A DNA stretch of 59,173 nt, filler included, from Bipalium vagum (lineage: Eukaryota), in NCBI GenBank assembly GCA_037834085.1. It is 3 parts of 3 records of this genome, joined end to end, with 100 filler letters (N's around TTAATTAATTAA, not from the genome) between each part and the next. Parts side by side here need not be neighbours in the genome. Positions count along the whole stretch, not along the records: positions 1 to 19,471 come from JBBMKC010002576.1; 2 more parts are not named here. One strand, 5' to 3'. The position numbers and the translations under genes are program-made. The stretch's first letter is position 1. Every line of letters begins with the position of its first letter. This document shows, in pieces, positions 1-13,591 of the stretch. The notes under the pieces were generated by a model. It was not told the origin of the DNA. It did not search any database and saw only the letters and a list, made by a program, of their open reading frames with translations.

Positions 1-18
1 AAATAATAGTTTATAGAC

Positions 19-99
19 AGTTCACAATAAAGAGTTTTAATCAAGGTTCGGGAGTTTTTATGGATAGTTCACAATAAAGAGTTTTAATCAAGGTTCGGG
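19..99 (+). repeat. 34-bp direct repeat, possibly the 3' end of an LTR
   Basis: agttcacaataaagagttttaatcaaggttcggg at 19-52 and 66-99, containing AATAAA. The GC-richer tract ends in ...CCACA at 171. Confidence 0.6.
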
Positions 100-1856
100 T
101 TCGGGCGATTTGATGTACTTGGCCCCGCTTGAGCCGGATGATCACCAGGCCTCGTTGATCGTAGTCTCCACAGTACTACTAATAATAATTATAAAATAAT
201 ATTTAATTTGGTAATATCAAAGTGCAAATTTTAAAAATTTTGATTTTTATCAAATCTAAAATTAAAACTATCTTTGATTTATCAATAAAAAAATTAAATA
301 GAAGCAATGACAAGAACAAAAGACAAGAAAATATTGAGAATTAAAATTAAAATTTAATTATTAAAATATTGTAGATAAATATCTAACTTTGATCACAACA
401 TTGATTAACAGCACAAAATAAATTAAAATAATTTAATTACGCTGGAAACCAAAGGATACAATCAATAAATAAAAAATTATTTCAATAAATATTCACCAGC
501 TGTAAGCTCAGGTAAAAAAGAATAACTAAGGCAAAAATACTTTCAGGTTGCTAATGGCGATAGAAACCGATTCCAAAATTTCTTAAATTATAAAACTCTT
601 GTTTGGGTCAAGTGCTGAATTAACCTTGACTTCACATATTTTTAACCCCTTCCATCATCTATGTACGAGTAAGCTGCTAAAAATTGGGTTTGTTTTTGTT
701 TTCCTAGTTCTGCATATCAATTATTATTACTTCTCTCTTTAAAATATAAATGATGAAAAGTTTTTTTTAAAAATTTTATGTTTAAGGATTAACTTAACTT
801 TGAGAATTAAATATTAAACTTGAATAATTAAATATCCATTTTACGGTTATTTATTTTTATTGTTTTATTTTCTGTTATAATATATGTTTATCAAAGTACA
901 CAGACATTATCTCAACTTAATTATTATATTATTTATAAAATACATTATTGAATTATTTTGATTTAACTGTCGCATTTTTTATGACCATAAGATGTTATCA
1001 ACTGCGCATGCCTTTTCTTTTGGTACGGCAATCGACATAGGTTTTCAAGATCTATCCATCTAATGGCTGACGGCTCAGATCCGACGGTTAAGAGCTACAC
1101 TATAAGAACACAAGATCTGGATACATTACCAACTAGAATTCCTATTATTAATACCAGCCTCAATGATGAACGCAGAATCACTCAGGCTATCAGATGATAT
1201 GTTACCGGTCTTGATAGTTCACAGAATCATCATTCCATAAAGGGTCAAAGTTTCCAGATTTTCAGTTAGGTCAAATTTCAGCCGTATATTCTGAAATAAT
1301 TATATTATCCTCATAATTATAGGATTGAGTTGGTTTGCTTTTCCCTCTTTTAATGTAGCTTCATTTTCGTTTCTCGTAAGAGATATTATCATTTAATTTC
1401 ATGCTGAATTTCACTTTGACCAGTAAGTCTTTCTAATTCACCAAACTCACACTCATCAAAACCTTTTCAGTCACAGTTGATCTGGTCCAAAAGCATTTTG
1501 TCATAAACCCTCTATTCTCAAATTCTGTAAGCATTTATCAGTCCTTTGTAACCATAAAATAATCCCCAAACATGGTATTTCAAGGTTCTTTCTCTCTTCC
1601 TTACAATATTCTTTTACTTAAGCTTGTAAAATAATTGAAAAAATACTCATAATATTTACTCTGTTTTAAAAACAACAATAAAAATTCACTCTTATAAAAA
1701 TGTATAATGATTATTAATTATATTCAGGAAGATATTTTATTAACTATTTTAATATTTATATTAAAAAAATTACACAACCAAAAATTTTTTGAATTTTATT
1801 ATATATATAAAATTATATTTACCAGAATTAATAGAATAATAAATTTAAAAAATTAT

Positions 1857-2008
1857 TAGAAATAAAATAGTATAATAAAATAGAAATAAAATAGAAATAA
1901 AATAGAAATAAAATAGAATTAAAATAAAATTTTAAAAAATAAAATAAAATAGACATAAAATAGAAATAAAATAAAATAAAATAGAAATAGAAATAAAATT
2001 AATAGAAA
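1857..2008 (+). repeat. AAATAAAATAG minisatellite
   Basis: Degenerate 11-bp tandem units. Confidence 0.75.
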
Positions 2009-2984
2009 GTTGAAGAGAAATTCCAAGAAAAGATGGAAATTCATGAAAATCAAATATGACACTCGTGAGAGGAACTTCGTTCTCAGATTATTCCCTTAAG
2101 TTAATCTGTAAACGAAACGAAATTGTCTTTAAGAGAAAAATAGAATTTTTATTTTTTCGACTATTTCAAAAACAAAATCATTATTTTCTGTAAAATTTCT
2201 TTTGATGGAAATCTAAAGACCTTCTCACTAATTTGAACATATCTCAATTAATCATTGATATGAATGGCTCACAGTAAAAAGATAATTGCTCTTCAAGAAA
2301 AATCAATACACTATTAGCAATTTCCTAAGAGAAACAATTAGTTTTAAAATGTAATTATCTGAGCGAGATCCGATCAATCCATTTTCCATAAGCTTTGATG
2401 CAAATTTATGATCCAATACATTCACATAATTGTATTTAACTTTAATAATTAATTTTCAATTCCATTCACGGAGATTTTGCACTCTTCGACATTCACGATT
2501 TAATGCCTGTTTTTCTTTTAATATTTGTTTTATTGAACTCATTTCTGGTCGATTGTTCTGCTGAAGATTGAGAGGATTACCATTTCTGTTAGGTCCTATT
2601 AACAACCACAATCACATTTATGTTGGTTTTGTTTTAATCTGATCTCGTTACAACTGCGCAGTGTATATCAATATTTTATCAATTTTTGAAAATTTTAGAA
2701 TGACTTTATTATTTTTAATAATTACTTTTAGAAAAGAGTAGCTCAGTATTTTTTTTATACATTTATTTTTAATTATTATATATTATAATATTCCGTTATA
2801 ATTTAATAATTAACTTTTGGTAAAATATATTAATATATAATAAAATATAAATAATAATATTAAATATATTAAATATGATAAAATTAGATAATAAATTCCA
2901 TTTCAGTTTTAATTTATTTTGATAAATATATAACTTTAAGTTTCATCTTTCAAGAATATATTAATTTATTATTTTATTAATTTA

Positions 2985-3145
2985 TCATTCCACTTTCAAA
3001 TCGGCTGAACCATTTTTTGGACGTTTTATAAGTTACTGCGCCTTCACCAAGTGCAGAAAAAATCATCTTTGTTGCTTTGTATGCCGTTTTCCCCAATTGG
3101 AAGGCAAAAAGCAAACAATGCCTCATATGTATTTTTTGGAATCCA
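2985..3145 (-). mobile_element. Mariner transposase N-terminal fragment
   Basis: KIHMRHCLLFAFQLGKTAYKATKMIFSALGEGAVTYKTSKKWFSRFESG (Mos1-type HTH). Confidence 0.75.
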
Positions 3146-3559
3146 GTCAAATTGATGGGGTTATTGATATATTATTAAAACAAATGATTTAATTATTTAA
3201 TTAATATATATGTCAATATCTTTATTTATAAAGTTAATCATTTAATAAAAAAAATTCGGTTACATTGTGACTTTATAGTAGTTTTACTAAATAGGCACCT
3301 TTTCTATTTGTCGACCTAATATAAATACCGCTCTTTATTATCAATGGCGGAAACTAATTAAAACACAATAATTTTGAATATTAATATTACATGATATTTC
3401 ATTTTTATATTAACATCATTGCTTGGTTATATTGACAATATTTCTTGTTTATAACATAATTTTATTGTTGTAATAATATGTTTTTTTACTTTTCAAATTA
3501 AATATTAAACAATTTTAAAACAAATTTAAAATGTATTATTATAATTTTTGGAGAAATTG

Positions 3560-4400
3560 TTCGAAAATGAAAGAAAGATGATAAAATCAAGAATGTTTGG
3601 CATTTGTAATAAATGATCGAAGATGAAATTTTAAATCAAATAGCTTCCAGTCTCTTAATTTCTCGTTGAACTGTAGCAAAAATTCAAAGCCACTGATAAT
3701 GAATATGTAACGTCTTCTTCTACACGTAAAGCAATACTTAAATCTAAAAATTCGAAATTTACTTTTGGAGAAAATCATATCTATAATATTGCTGCCTGTA
3801 AGAACACGATCACACAAATGGAAATAAAATGTCAATTGGAAGAACCACGCTGTAAGAGCCTATCTCTTTCAACAATTTGTAGGAAATTAAGAAAGATATG
3901 AATTACAAGGAAGATATTAAGTATAATCTCATTTGGTTATTCAGCAGTCAATTCCGATGTTCTAGGTAATCGAGGAATTAATAACAGTTATCCAGTTGCT
4001 TTTTCAACTTCCGGTGCTATCTAATTTATTATTAGAAAAAGTACGTTCAAATCAGATTCCATTTTTAGTTTTATTCAATAAAGTCCTGAAATAGTTTAGA
4101 AGCAATTCGAAGAAATTTTTAGTAATGAATAAAGACAGATTTCATCATTCTACAACTGTGAAAACCATATTAAGTGTGAATAATAGCATGCTTAAATATT
4201 TTCCAGTTTATTCTTCTCAACTTAGCTCAATAGAAGAATTCTTTTCTATGTTAAAGTCGAGGTATTATATCACTTTATATAAATAGCTTTAAAAGACAAT
4301 GCCAGTACTATCAAAGAGTGTCTGGGACAATCACTAAGCTGAATTCACCACCTATTGCGTAACTCTCTTAATTGTCTTGAAATGGCAAAAACAACTGAAT
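3560..4400 (+). mobile_element. Decayed IS630/Tc1-like transposase
   Basis: VMNKDRFHHS and FPVYSSQLSSIEEFFSMLKS resemble DN..FH and PPYSPQLNPIE motifs. Confidence 0.6.
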
Positions 4401-4825
4401 ATGAATAAAAATGTCCTTGTATTTCTTTGCATTTGTATTAAAATGATAATATAATAATAAATAATAATTGAAAGTAAAATCATTATTGTCCAATAATTTT
4501 TTTTATAAGTTATATTTTCTTCGAATTGTATTATTATTTATAAATAATATCCATCTTTATTTTATTTTCAATATGTATTAACACATTATAAGATTCTTCT
4601 TTGACTTTTTTGTGAATAAAAGTGCAATTTTCTTATTTTCGAAGTTTTTGTAAACAATAATAAAAATCACATACTTTCATAAAGAAAGTATTCTAAAATA
4701 GGTTTATTTATAACATTTTTCAATTTTAATTAATTATTTTAGAAAATATAAAGTTAAAAAGAATATTAATTATAAGAAAAAAACATATTATATTATTGTT
4801 AATTAAAACTTGAAAAATAAGAATA

Positions 4826-5020
4826 NNNNNNNNNNNNNNNNNNNNNNNNNNNNNNNNNNNNNNNNNNNNNNNNNNNNNNNNNNNNNNNNNNNNNNNNNNN
4901 NNNNNNNNNNNNNNNNNNNNNNNNNNNNNNNNNNNNNNNNNNNNNNNNNNNNNNNNNNNNNNNNNNNNNNNNNNNNNNNNNNNNNNNNNNNNNNNNNNNN
5001 NNNNNNNNNNNNNNNNNNNN
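4826..5020. other. Assembly gap (195 N)
   Basis: Run of N. Confidence 0.99.
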
Positions 5021-5277
5021 ATCAATAACTGTTGTTTTAATGAAGACAATAATAAAGAAAACGTACTTTAGGCGATACTTTCATAATTAATACTAAAAAT
5101 ATTCAAAACCTGAGCAAAGAAAACAAATAATTTTACACATTAAAATAAAGAGAAATGTTTGAAAACTCATTATTGACGTTTTTTTTTGTTTATTTCTTTT
5201 TTCCACTTTTGTGAATTTTAATTTTATTTATTTACTTCAAATTTTATTCATTAATATTAATTGAAAATTTTCTGACC

Positions 5278-5408
5278 NNNNNNNNNNNNNNNNNNNNNNN
5301 NNNNNNNNNNNNNNNNNNNNNNNNNNNNNNNNNNNNNNNNNNNNNNNNNNNNNNNNNNNNNNNNNNNNNNNNNNNNNNNNNNNNNNNNNNNNNNNNNNNN
5401 NNNNNNNN
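5278..5408. other. Assembly gap (131 N)
   Basis: Run of N. Confidence 0.99.
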
Positions 5409-6309
5409 AAGATATACTTTATTTTAAACCTGTGGGGGTGAAAGGAAAATGTATCATATTTTAAAACTTAAACAACTGATAGACTGATGATTACAAAAAT
5501 ATTTTGTTTTACTAGAGAAATATTGATATTCACATAGATGACAGTTTGCATTCACTCTACGAAAACCCTCATCATTTCTCAAGTCTGTGATGTTCGATTC
5601 ACAATCATTATTTTTAGATTACAATTTATATGATCTTCCCTCAAGGCCGATCAATTACAAACTTTGTCTAATGATAAAATTAACTTCTTATCTCTCTTTA
5701 TTTTTTGGTTTCTAATTGAAATTCTGACAAAATCCACTTCAGATGTCGAAAATTAAAATGAAATGAAAATCATTTTTCGTTTTATTCTGTCTGAGAAACC
5801 ATCTGATAAAATCTTGAATAAATAATATTTGTTTAAATGCAAAATAGAATTAAACTAGTATATATATTTCAAACCAATGTCAGTACTAAACGAGTCGTGT
5901 ATAGTTTCAGAAGTCGTTTTATAGATTTTGCAATAATTGGAGAGCATTTCTTTCAATTGAGAGCATTAACCTGTTATTTCAATTGTGTGAAGTAATAATA
6001 AAATTTCCTTTAAATATCTTCACAATATTTTATTTTATATATTGCATTAGCAAAGTTAGATCTCTTCAGGTAATGTATATTGACTTTTCTTGCATTTATC
6101 CTACTTTATTATTATTATTTCAACTCTCAAAACGACAGCGGTCAATTTTTACAAGTAAAGCATATTAAAAGACCAATATTATGTTATGTTATTATACATA
6201 TTATATTATTTTATATTTTAATTTCTTTTTTTCTTCTTTTCTTTTAAAAATTTTCAAAATCGAAAAATATGGAGAAAAACACATTTGGAAATTCAAATAT
6301 TTTCTTATA

Positions 6310-7652
6310 TATAACGTATGTGTAATTGATTCGTAGACACCTGTTTTGCTAGCCTCTAAAATTTATGTAATTTATTACATGTGACACGTTCTATATTGTT
6401 TCAAAGGTCATTTTGTGGCCTACATTTTAGATTAATCAAATTTACTAATCATCACTGTCTCTTAATCTATATTCATTTTTACAACAGAGCTACTCGTAAT
6501 GTTGCAAACAACATGTTAACTTTGACATCTCACCTATGCAAAAAAGATCGCCTAAATACTTTGCACAATGCAGAATACAATCGCTCTGGTGCATGTAAGG
6601 TCCTTAAGGACTTTCACTCAATTGACAATGTGTCTGATGATAGAACTAGCAATGGAATTCTTTCCTAAGATCACTAAAACAAATCCAGGCGGTTTGGTAA
6701 AAGCTACAATAATACCACCAACAAAGTCTCCGAAAAAGACAGTCAAGAAATTCAATGTGTGTCACAAAACTATATCCAATACATTGAAGAGGCGAGGAGT
6801 GATTGCCACAATCGTAAAATTGTTCTTTTGTTCCAATCCTGTCAAGAAAGGAGAAATCCGGAAAGCATTAGTTAGACTGTACAGAGAGAGCACTTCCCAA
6901 AACGAAAAAATGGTCTCACATTTATCATCATAGGTGAAGAAATTTATATTACACAGATTGATTAGAACTAATTTTATGGTAGAGTATATTATGCCAAGGA
7001 TCCTTCAATTTCTCCAAAAAAAAGTACCTACTATAGGTCTAATAAGATTCTCATTCAACGTTTTGCTGTGGTGTGCCATGTCAGACAGAGGTATCAGTGA
7101 TTGCTCCACGTGTAGGCAGAGCATAGCTATTAATGGAAAGACTTACAAACTCTTTGTATTTAAATGTGCCTTATTCATTTTATCCAAAAATGCCACTCTG
7201 GCTTCAACATCATCTTCTGACATGATAAGGCTTCTTCACACTATTCAGGGCCAGTCCACCGTTATCTGCAATCAAAACAAATCCCTATTGTCAGCAAGAC
7301 TAATAACCCAACAAATGTCCCTTAATGCCCCCCAATTGAATTATTGCATGTTGAAATAAAAAACAGGTATTTATCAATAATTTTCATTCAAATTCATCTA
7401 ATGAACTAGAGACTCGTGTATGTGGGGTCATGGATGATCTCAAAACCCAGGCTACCACACTTTATAATAACTGTCATAAACGTGTTATAGCCTTGATTGA
7501 TAAGGCAAATAGAAAATACTGCCTTCAATACATAAATAGATTTACCTTGTCATTATCTAATTAAATAAAAATTGTAATGAGAGTTCTACTTTTTTCATGT
7601 CTCAGGAAATAACATTTTAAAAGTCTAAGAATCAATTAATACACACATTATA
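6310..7652 (+). mobile_element. Full-length but decayed Tc1-like DNA transposon with ~30-bp TIRs
   Basis: Imperfect TIRs at 6310-6338 and 7623-7652 (core aattgattc.tagac). Broken ORFs: KKFNVCHKTISNTLK, VLLWCAMSDRGIS, NPTNVP. Confidence 0.8.
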
Positions 7653-10280
7653 TCAATATATATATTATATATTATATATTATATTAATATATATTTTTTC
7701 ATATTTCTCTCGAACTTTATGAATATGAATAAATAATTTGAATAAAAAAGTTCTAAGAAAAAAAATTCTTTAAGAAACGATATCAAAATTTTGTGAAATG
7801 TATACAGTGAAATAGAAATCATTATCGAGCTTTGACTTTTGATATGAAGTATGAGATTTATTTGTTTTAATTAATTAAACATAATAATTATTATATCATT
7901 AAAATTATAATTAGCAGATGTCACATAACGAAGAATAAATTAAAAATATTTTTCTATTAATTAATAAAGTTATTTTTACTTTAACTGAGCTTATTTAAAA
8001 TTTGCAAAATTTTATCATTATAAAAATTTTAGGCAAAACCATAAAAATTTAATCAAGAAGAACTTATATTTTTTAATATCTTGTTTTATGGAGATAATTA
8101 ATTTTTCTAACTATGCCAGAAACAGGTTTCTTTTCCTGCTGTTGATGTTTCATTTTCCTTGCTTTGACTGACATTTCTCCTTAACAAAAAATCATTAATT
8201 AATTTTAAAGAATACATTGCTTTACTGTACAAAAGAGAACAGTGATCGATTTCAAAATATTTAACAAAATTATCGTTTTGTAAAATTGTGTTTGATTTTT
8301 TGGCAATAAACATTTTTCATAATTGATTTCTTTTTGGATTTCTTAATTATTTATATTTTATAATTTTTATTATTATCGTCCTTACAGTTCTGTTTGGTAA
8401 TAAGTTTTACGAATCACTTTTCTTAAAAATTAGATCTCCTTTTTTAATTAAAATATATTGCATTATAAAGTCTCCTGGTCAAATGTACAAAAGTACTTTG
8501 TAGTCAGAGACCCATCTATGAAACATAACAATCCAGCAATTTTTTCTTAATGTGTAATGTTGTTTATTTATTTATTTTTTATTATTATAATAATTATTAT
8601 TATTATTATTAATTAGTTTAATATTATTAAAAATATTAAACTATTATTTCGTGGTCAATAGTTTAATATTTTTAACATATTTTAAGCTTTAAGTAACATT
8701 GAAAAGTGAAATCAAATTAAATTAAAATAAATAAAATACAAATAAGTTAAAGAAAAAATATTGAAATATTTTGGAATTGATAGGTCTTGAATAGTGTTAG
8801 GTTGACTATATGAAATATGTTAGGAATTGTGTATAGTTTAAGAATTCTTTTAATAAAAACGATTAATTTAATTAATTAATTTATTCACGATAATATATAG
8901 AAAGTTTAAGCTCAGTTTGATAATTCTTATTATCCTTTAAATCAAAGTCAATTTGAAATGATAAAAAGAATAGAAGCTATTCAAATGATGTTAAGGCTTG
9001 TAATTATTTTAGTAATAATCCTCATTTAAGTTTTTTTCAAAATTTATAATCTATATCAATCAGATAATCCATATATTAATGTTTCGTTGTAACTTTGCAT
9101 ATTTTAAAAGATAAAGATCACAAAGGAAAAATGAATGTTGCTTTATTACAAAAGCAAGGTATTGATATTAAAATTTAAATCTAGCTTGTAAAAATTTAAA
9201 GGTATAATCATTTTTATTATTTTTTTAGACATTATTTATTTTAATAAAATGGAAAAATGTGTTCCTGGATCACCAAATCAATTTTATAATAAATTTTACA
9301 ATGAAAAAACATTAATGAGATGAATTAAGATTTTCAAATTTTAAATGCTACTGGAGACATAATTTCTAATTTTCAAAAGCATGTTAACCAGTTTTTATTT
9401 TTATCAGTGATTCTCAAACAATTCATTGTTGCTCTCTGACTGCAACTATTTTCTTTTGGTCCATTCGCTATGCGGGAAAAAATAAAAATGACTACTTTTA
9501 CAGAATTTATTCAATAACCACTGAAGGAAAACAAAAGTAACAAATCACAAATAATCGCATGAAGTTTCAACCACTTCTTTCCAATTTTCTCAATTCATCT
9601 GTGAATTCGATTCTATATTTTCTTAAATTTCACTACAATTTCACTTACCAATTTCGACTGACTTCATTATTTAAACATTTCCTTTTTCCATTACTTCCAG
9701 GAGTTTTTATTTATTCACCTCAGCCCATTATAATACTTATTATTATTAGTGGTAGTAATGATGAAGAGAATTTTATTGTCTTCGAACTTGATGTTTGAGA
9801 ACATTGGATAATTTAATTGATTGTGATAAAAATCATTAGAAGAATTTGAGGTAGATATTATGAGTGCTTTAGTAAAATTGCTTTTCCATCTCATGGATTC
9901 TGAGAATTAATAAAAATAACGATTTTATGTGGTGCTCAAAAAAACCAACAATTGGATTTGCAGAAACATGTCCTGTCTTTTCTCTTCTCTGAGCTAGCGT
10001 ATAATCTCGTTCCATCAATTGTTTTCGATTTCTTTCTCTGGTTGGTTTTTCGTTTACCAGTTCATGCATTATTTTGTTTAACCAAACACAATGAAAGGTG
10101 TTATAAATATTAATAAAAATATAATAAATGTTACTGATCTTATTCATGATATTTACGATATTAATCTTGTTGGGGTTTTGAAAAAAATAATAATTTTGAA
10201 TAATAATAATAATAACAATAACAATAACAATAACAGTAATACGTTTCGATGATAATAATAAAATTTCTAATTTTTAATTA

Positions 10281-10315
<35 letters not shown>

Positions 10316-10376
10316 TTCTAAATAATATTAATAAGAATATTTTAAAATAATTTTTAAGGATAAAATACTTTTTTTG

Positions 10377-11174
10377 TGTCATTAGTATAATGACAAAATC
10401 CCGCCGTGGGGATTAATTTTTTTGATCAGGCTAATGGATTTCTGACAGGAATCCATTAGCCTCGACAGAAGTGAGATTATCTCGGCGTGGAGATAGTGAA
10501 GGGCTATTGGGGAAAAAATAGCCGTCTCTGAGCGTAGGGATTGGTGATCGTAGATCAATCTCTACGCCTATAAAAGGAGACGGCTATTCCCGTTGATAGC
10601 CAGAAATTGACTAGAAGTATCTTGAAGTGACCAGAAATATCCAGAAAGTAACCAGAAAGTATCTAAAAGTGACTAGAAGTAACTAGAAGTGACCAGAAAT
10701 ATCCAGGAGTATCCAGAAGTATCCAGAAGTATTCAGAAATATCCAGAAGTAGCCAGATTCAGTACTTCAATTCCAAAATAATTATTGATTATACAGCCGG
10801 ATTTATTCGCAGTTATGCCGTCGGATTTTTGCAAGGGGACCGCTTGTCGCTCTTGGTGAGACTGATTTTGTTCACTTTCATTTATTTGTTTTCATTGTTT
10901 TAATTTTATTATTAAATTATTATCATTATTAAATTTAAATTCAGTAGTAGCGAGATTTCAGTTTATCCATAATAACATTTCTTTTGTGATCGATTTAATA
11001 TTTGTAATTGTTAATAAAAATAAAGTTTTATTTTAAATATTTCGATTTGATTATTGAGGGAGCGGATATTGCATAGTGGAGGGTGTTTCACATTCAAAGG
11101 AGTTGAGAGGGATTTCGAACACAACGAGTTACACAAAGTGAGGAGTCACGAGCAGACGACCACACGTTACTACA
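10377..11174 (+). mobile_element. Long terminal repeat (~800 bp) of an LTR retrotransposon
   Basis: TG...CA termini, TATAAAA at 10569, AATAAA near 11013, internal tandem repeats, and an adjacent gypsy integrase relic. Confidence 0.6.
10600..10757 (+). repeat. Tandem array of ~15 degenerate 10-bp units (CYAGAAGTRW) within the LTR
   Basis: ctagaagtat cttgaagtga ccagaaatat ... atccagaagt atccagaagt. Confidence 0.85.
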
Positions 11175-11199
11175 TTTTAGTATAATAGTAACACAAGGA

Positions 11200-11960
11200 T
11201 TTTAAGTATTTCTGGGCCAAGATGGAGCAAAATTTTTGAAATTGGTGCCACTCATGCAAAATTTGTCAGTCATGAAAGTGAATATGAGCAACAGCAAAAG
11301 TACCGTTTAAATTGGTTAGAGCACCATTAGCATCAATGGAGACGATAGAAATGGATATTGTGGAACCATTGCTGGAAACAACAGCGGAAATCTGTATATA
11401 AAAAATTTAAAATTCAGAGTAAACCTAAGCAGCATTAAGGAACTTCAAGGCTCCAAAATAGACTTTCTGAGCTCTGGAAGACTATTAATAACAGAAAATC
11501 GATTAGAAATAAAAGCGAGAAAGCTCCCATTAGATGTTCAGATATCGCTGGAGACGAGAGAAGTAAGTATAGAAATTTATGACCATCAAGAACACAGTCT
11601 AAGAAAATTGTGTCAATATAAAAATTACAGGTTCTCGTCATGAGCTTATGGACAGATTCATAAGCGCTGTACAAATACGGAGTCAAATTCTACACAATGT
11701 TTCTACCCAGATAATTCAATGAAGACTAATTTTAAGAGAACCGCTAACTTATAGACCAGCAGTAAAACCAAAATTGATTATAAAAACACGGAAACTACGA
11801 AATCAGTGGTCAACAAATCATAGGCACTGGAAAATAGATTATTGGACATTTAATGATGATTTAAATACCCCTAACTAACAGTACCATATTCCTCGACGTT
11901 TGGGAGAACGATATGATGAGAAATTTTGTGCTCAGTACAGATTCCAAGTCAAACCAACCG
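11200..11960 (+). mobile_element. Decayed gypsy integrase fragment
   Basis: Frameshifted YFW...NWCHSCKICQ (zinc-binding region) and IEMDIVEPLLETT..NLYI (first catalytic Asp region). The 3' limit is approximate. Confidence 0.6.
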
Positions 11961-12283
11961 TGTGATTTAGAGTGCTTCTTCCATTAACGGACATTTATCA
12001 CTGTAAATTCACCAATCGTGAGAAACAAGCTATTTCAGTTGGAATCTTTTCCTTGTTTATTTTGAAAGAACATTAACCATAATCAAATATTTGACCACTT
12101 TTCAACAACAAAACCAAAATTGAAAGTGTGCTCAAAAACGATTTCACAAAGTAATTGGACCAACGTCAAATTTTATCAACATTTCCAATCATAAAAATTT
12201 TCATAAAAAAGCGTCAGGAAAAAATTTAATTAATTAAAAATTAAAATTAACATTGAAAAAACGTTTTCTTTTTAAAAGCGGAA

Positions 12284-13591
12284 ATGAAAAAGGAAAATAA
12301 AAACGGTCTCGATATTAAGACAAAGACAAAGACTCATTCGAACAATTTCCGTTGTTTATCTATTTCAAAAATGTTGAGCGGTTGTTCAAAACGCACTCAT
12401 CGACCAAAAGTGTGCATGTGCGAGCAGCACGGCATTGACGGAGGCCGCGGAAGAAAGAGAAAGAAGCACATTGTTCTGGAGGAAGACGAAGAGACGGACC
12501 ACGAGACTGGGCCATGGTGTCCTCCGAATTGGAATGAGCAGTGGAACAACATATTTAAAATGCGGCTGAGATTTAACGCTCCCATCGATTGGATGGAGTG
12601 CGAGACTCTCGGTGACAGGAACATGGAGCCAGCGGTAGATTAGTTGGTCGTGAAACGTTTGATAAGACGGTTTTCAGAAGCTCCGGTACCAGATCTTGAT
12701 AAGTTTCATGCTTTCGAGCCAGACTAGGGACTTGATAACAACATGTGTCATGGCTCGTCTGAAGATCCACGGCTGCGACGTGGACACGATCCTCGACACG
12801 ACAGTTGAACGACTCCAGGCTCTGCTTTACCCGGTCATGTTCAACAGGGTCAGTGAAACGAGAACGGCTTGTCTTTCAGTCACATGATCATTTCTGTTTT
12901 ATTTATTGAATTTTTATGAGTCGATATTGATTTTTAATTAATCAATCATTAATTATATAATTATCAATTTGTTGATTAAATTTTCGGATTTTAACGGACT
13001 TTTCGGTGGATTTTACTCTGTTTTCGCCGATTTTTGTGGAATCAGTTTCCATTGGGTTTAGGTCAAGGCTGAATACATTCTCGAGACGACCGCCATCTTG
13101 AAGACGCGATATGGAGGAGATATTCCGAACACTGTCAAGGATCTATGTCGATTGCCCGGTACACATTTCCCATGGTTTTTAGGATGGGATATTTCGATTT
13201 TCCTCTAATATATATATATATTTTTTTGCCTTGTTAGGCGTGGGTCCGAAAATGGCCCACTTGGTGATGAAATACGCTTGGAATAAGGTAACGGGAATCG
13301 CCGTCGACACTCACGTACACAAAGTCTGCAACCGACTCGGCTGGACGAGGACCGTCACGAAGTCGCCGCCAGAAACCCAGGCTCAGATTGAGAGCTGGAT
13401 TCCCAGGTGAGCATGATTTCGAGACGGAAGAACAATTGCTATTCTTGTGATTAAGATCGCTGTGGTCCGACATTAATTTTCTGCTGGCCGGGTTTGGGCA
13501 ACAAATCTGTCTGACCACGAAACCGAAATGCGACTCGTGTCTCAACAGATCAACATGCTTGTTTAAGTTGGGCGTGAGAGATGTAAAATAA
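12284..13591 (+). CDS. NTHL1: Endonuclease III-like DNA glycosylase/AP lyase, 5 exons, 307 aa
   Basis: Exons 12284-12634, 12678-12848, 13062-13158, 13238-13406 and 13456-13591 join in frame via GT-AG introns. The protein has LSSQTRD, HhH motif LPGVGPKMA (catalytic Lys), AVDTHVH (catalytic Asp) and the [4Fe-4S] motif C-x6-C-x2-C-x5-C. Confidence 0.95.

Noticed and set aside
1027-1040. 14-nt reverse-complement match to NTHL1 exon 3 (ctatgtcgattgcc)
   Set aside because: The match does not extend on either side and is compatible with chance.
4726-5049. ORFs containing long X runs (also at 19287 and 42798)
   Set aside because: They are artefacts of translating through N gaps.
10600-10757. Repeat array as a CRISPR-like locus
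   Set aside because: Contiguous 10-bp units without unique spacers, no cas genes, and a eukaryotic context.
12284-13591. Bacterial nth acquired by horizontal transfer (GC-rich island)
   Set aside because: It has four spliceosomal introns and eukaryotic NTHL1-type motifs and N-terminal extension.
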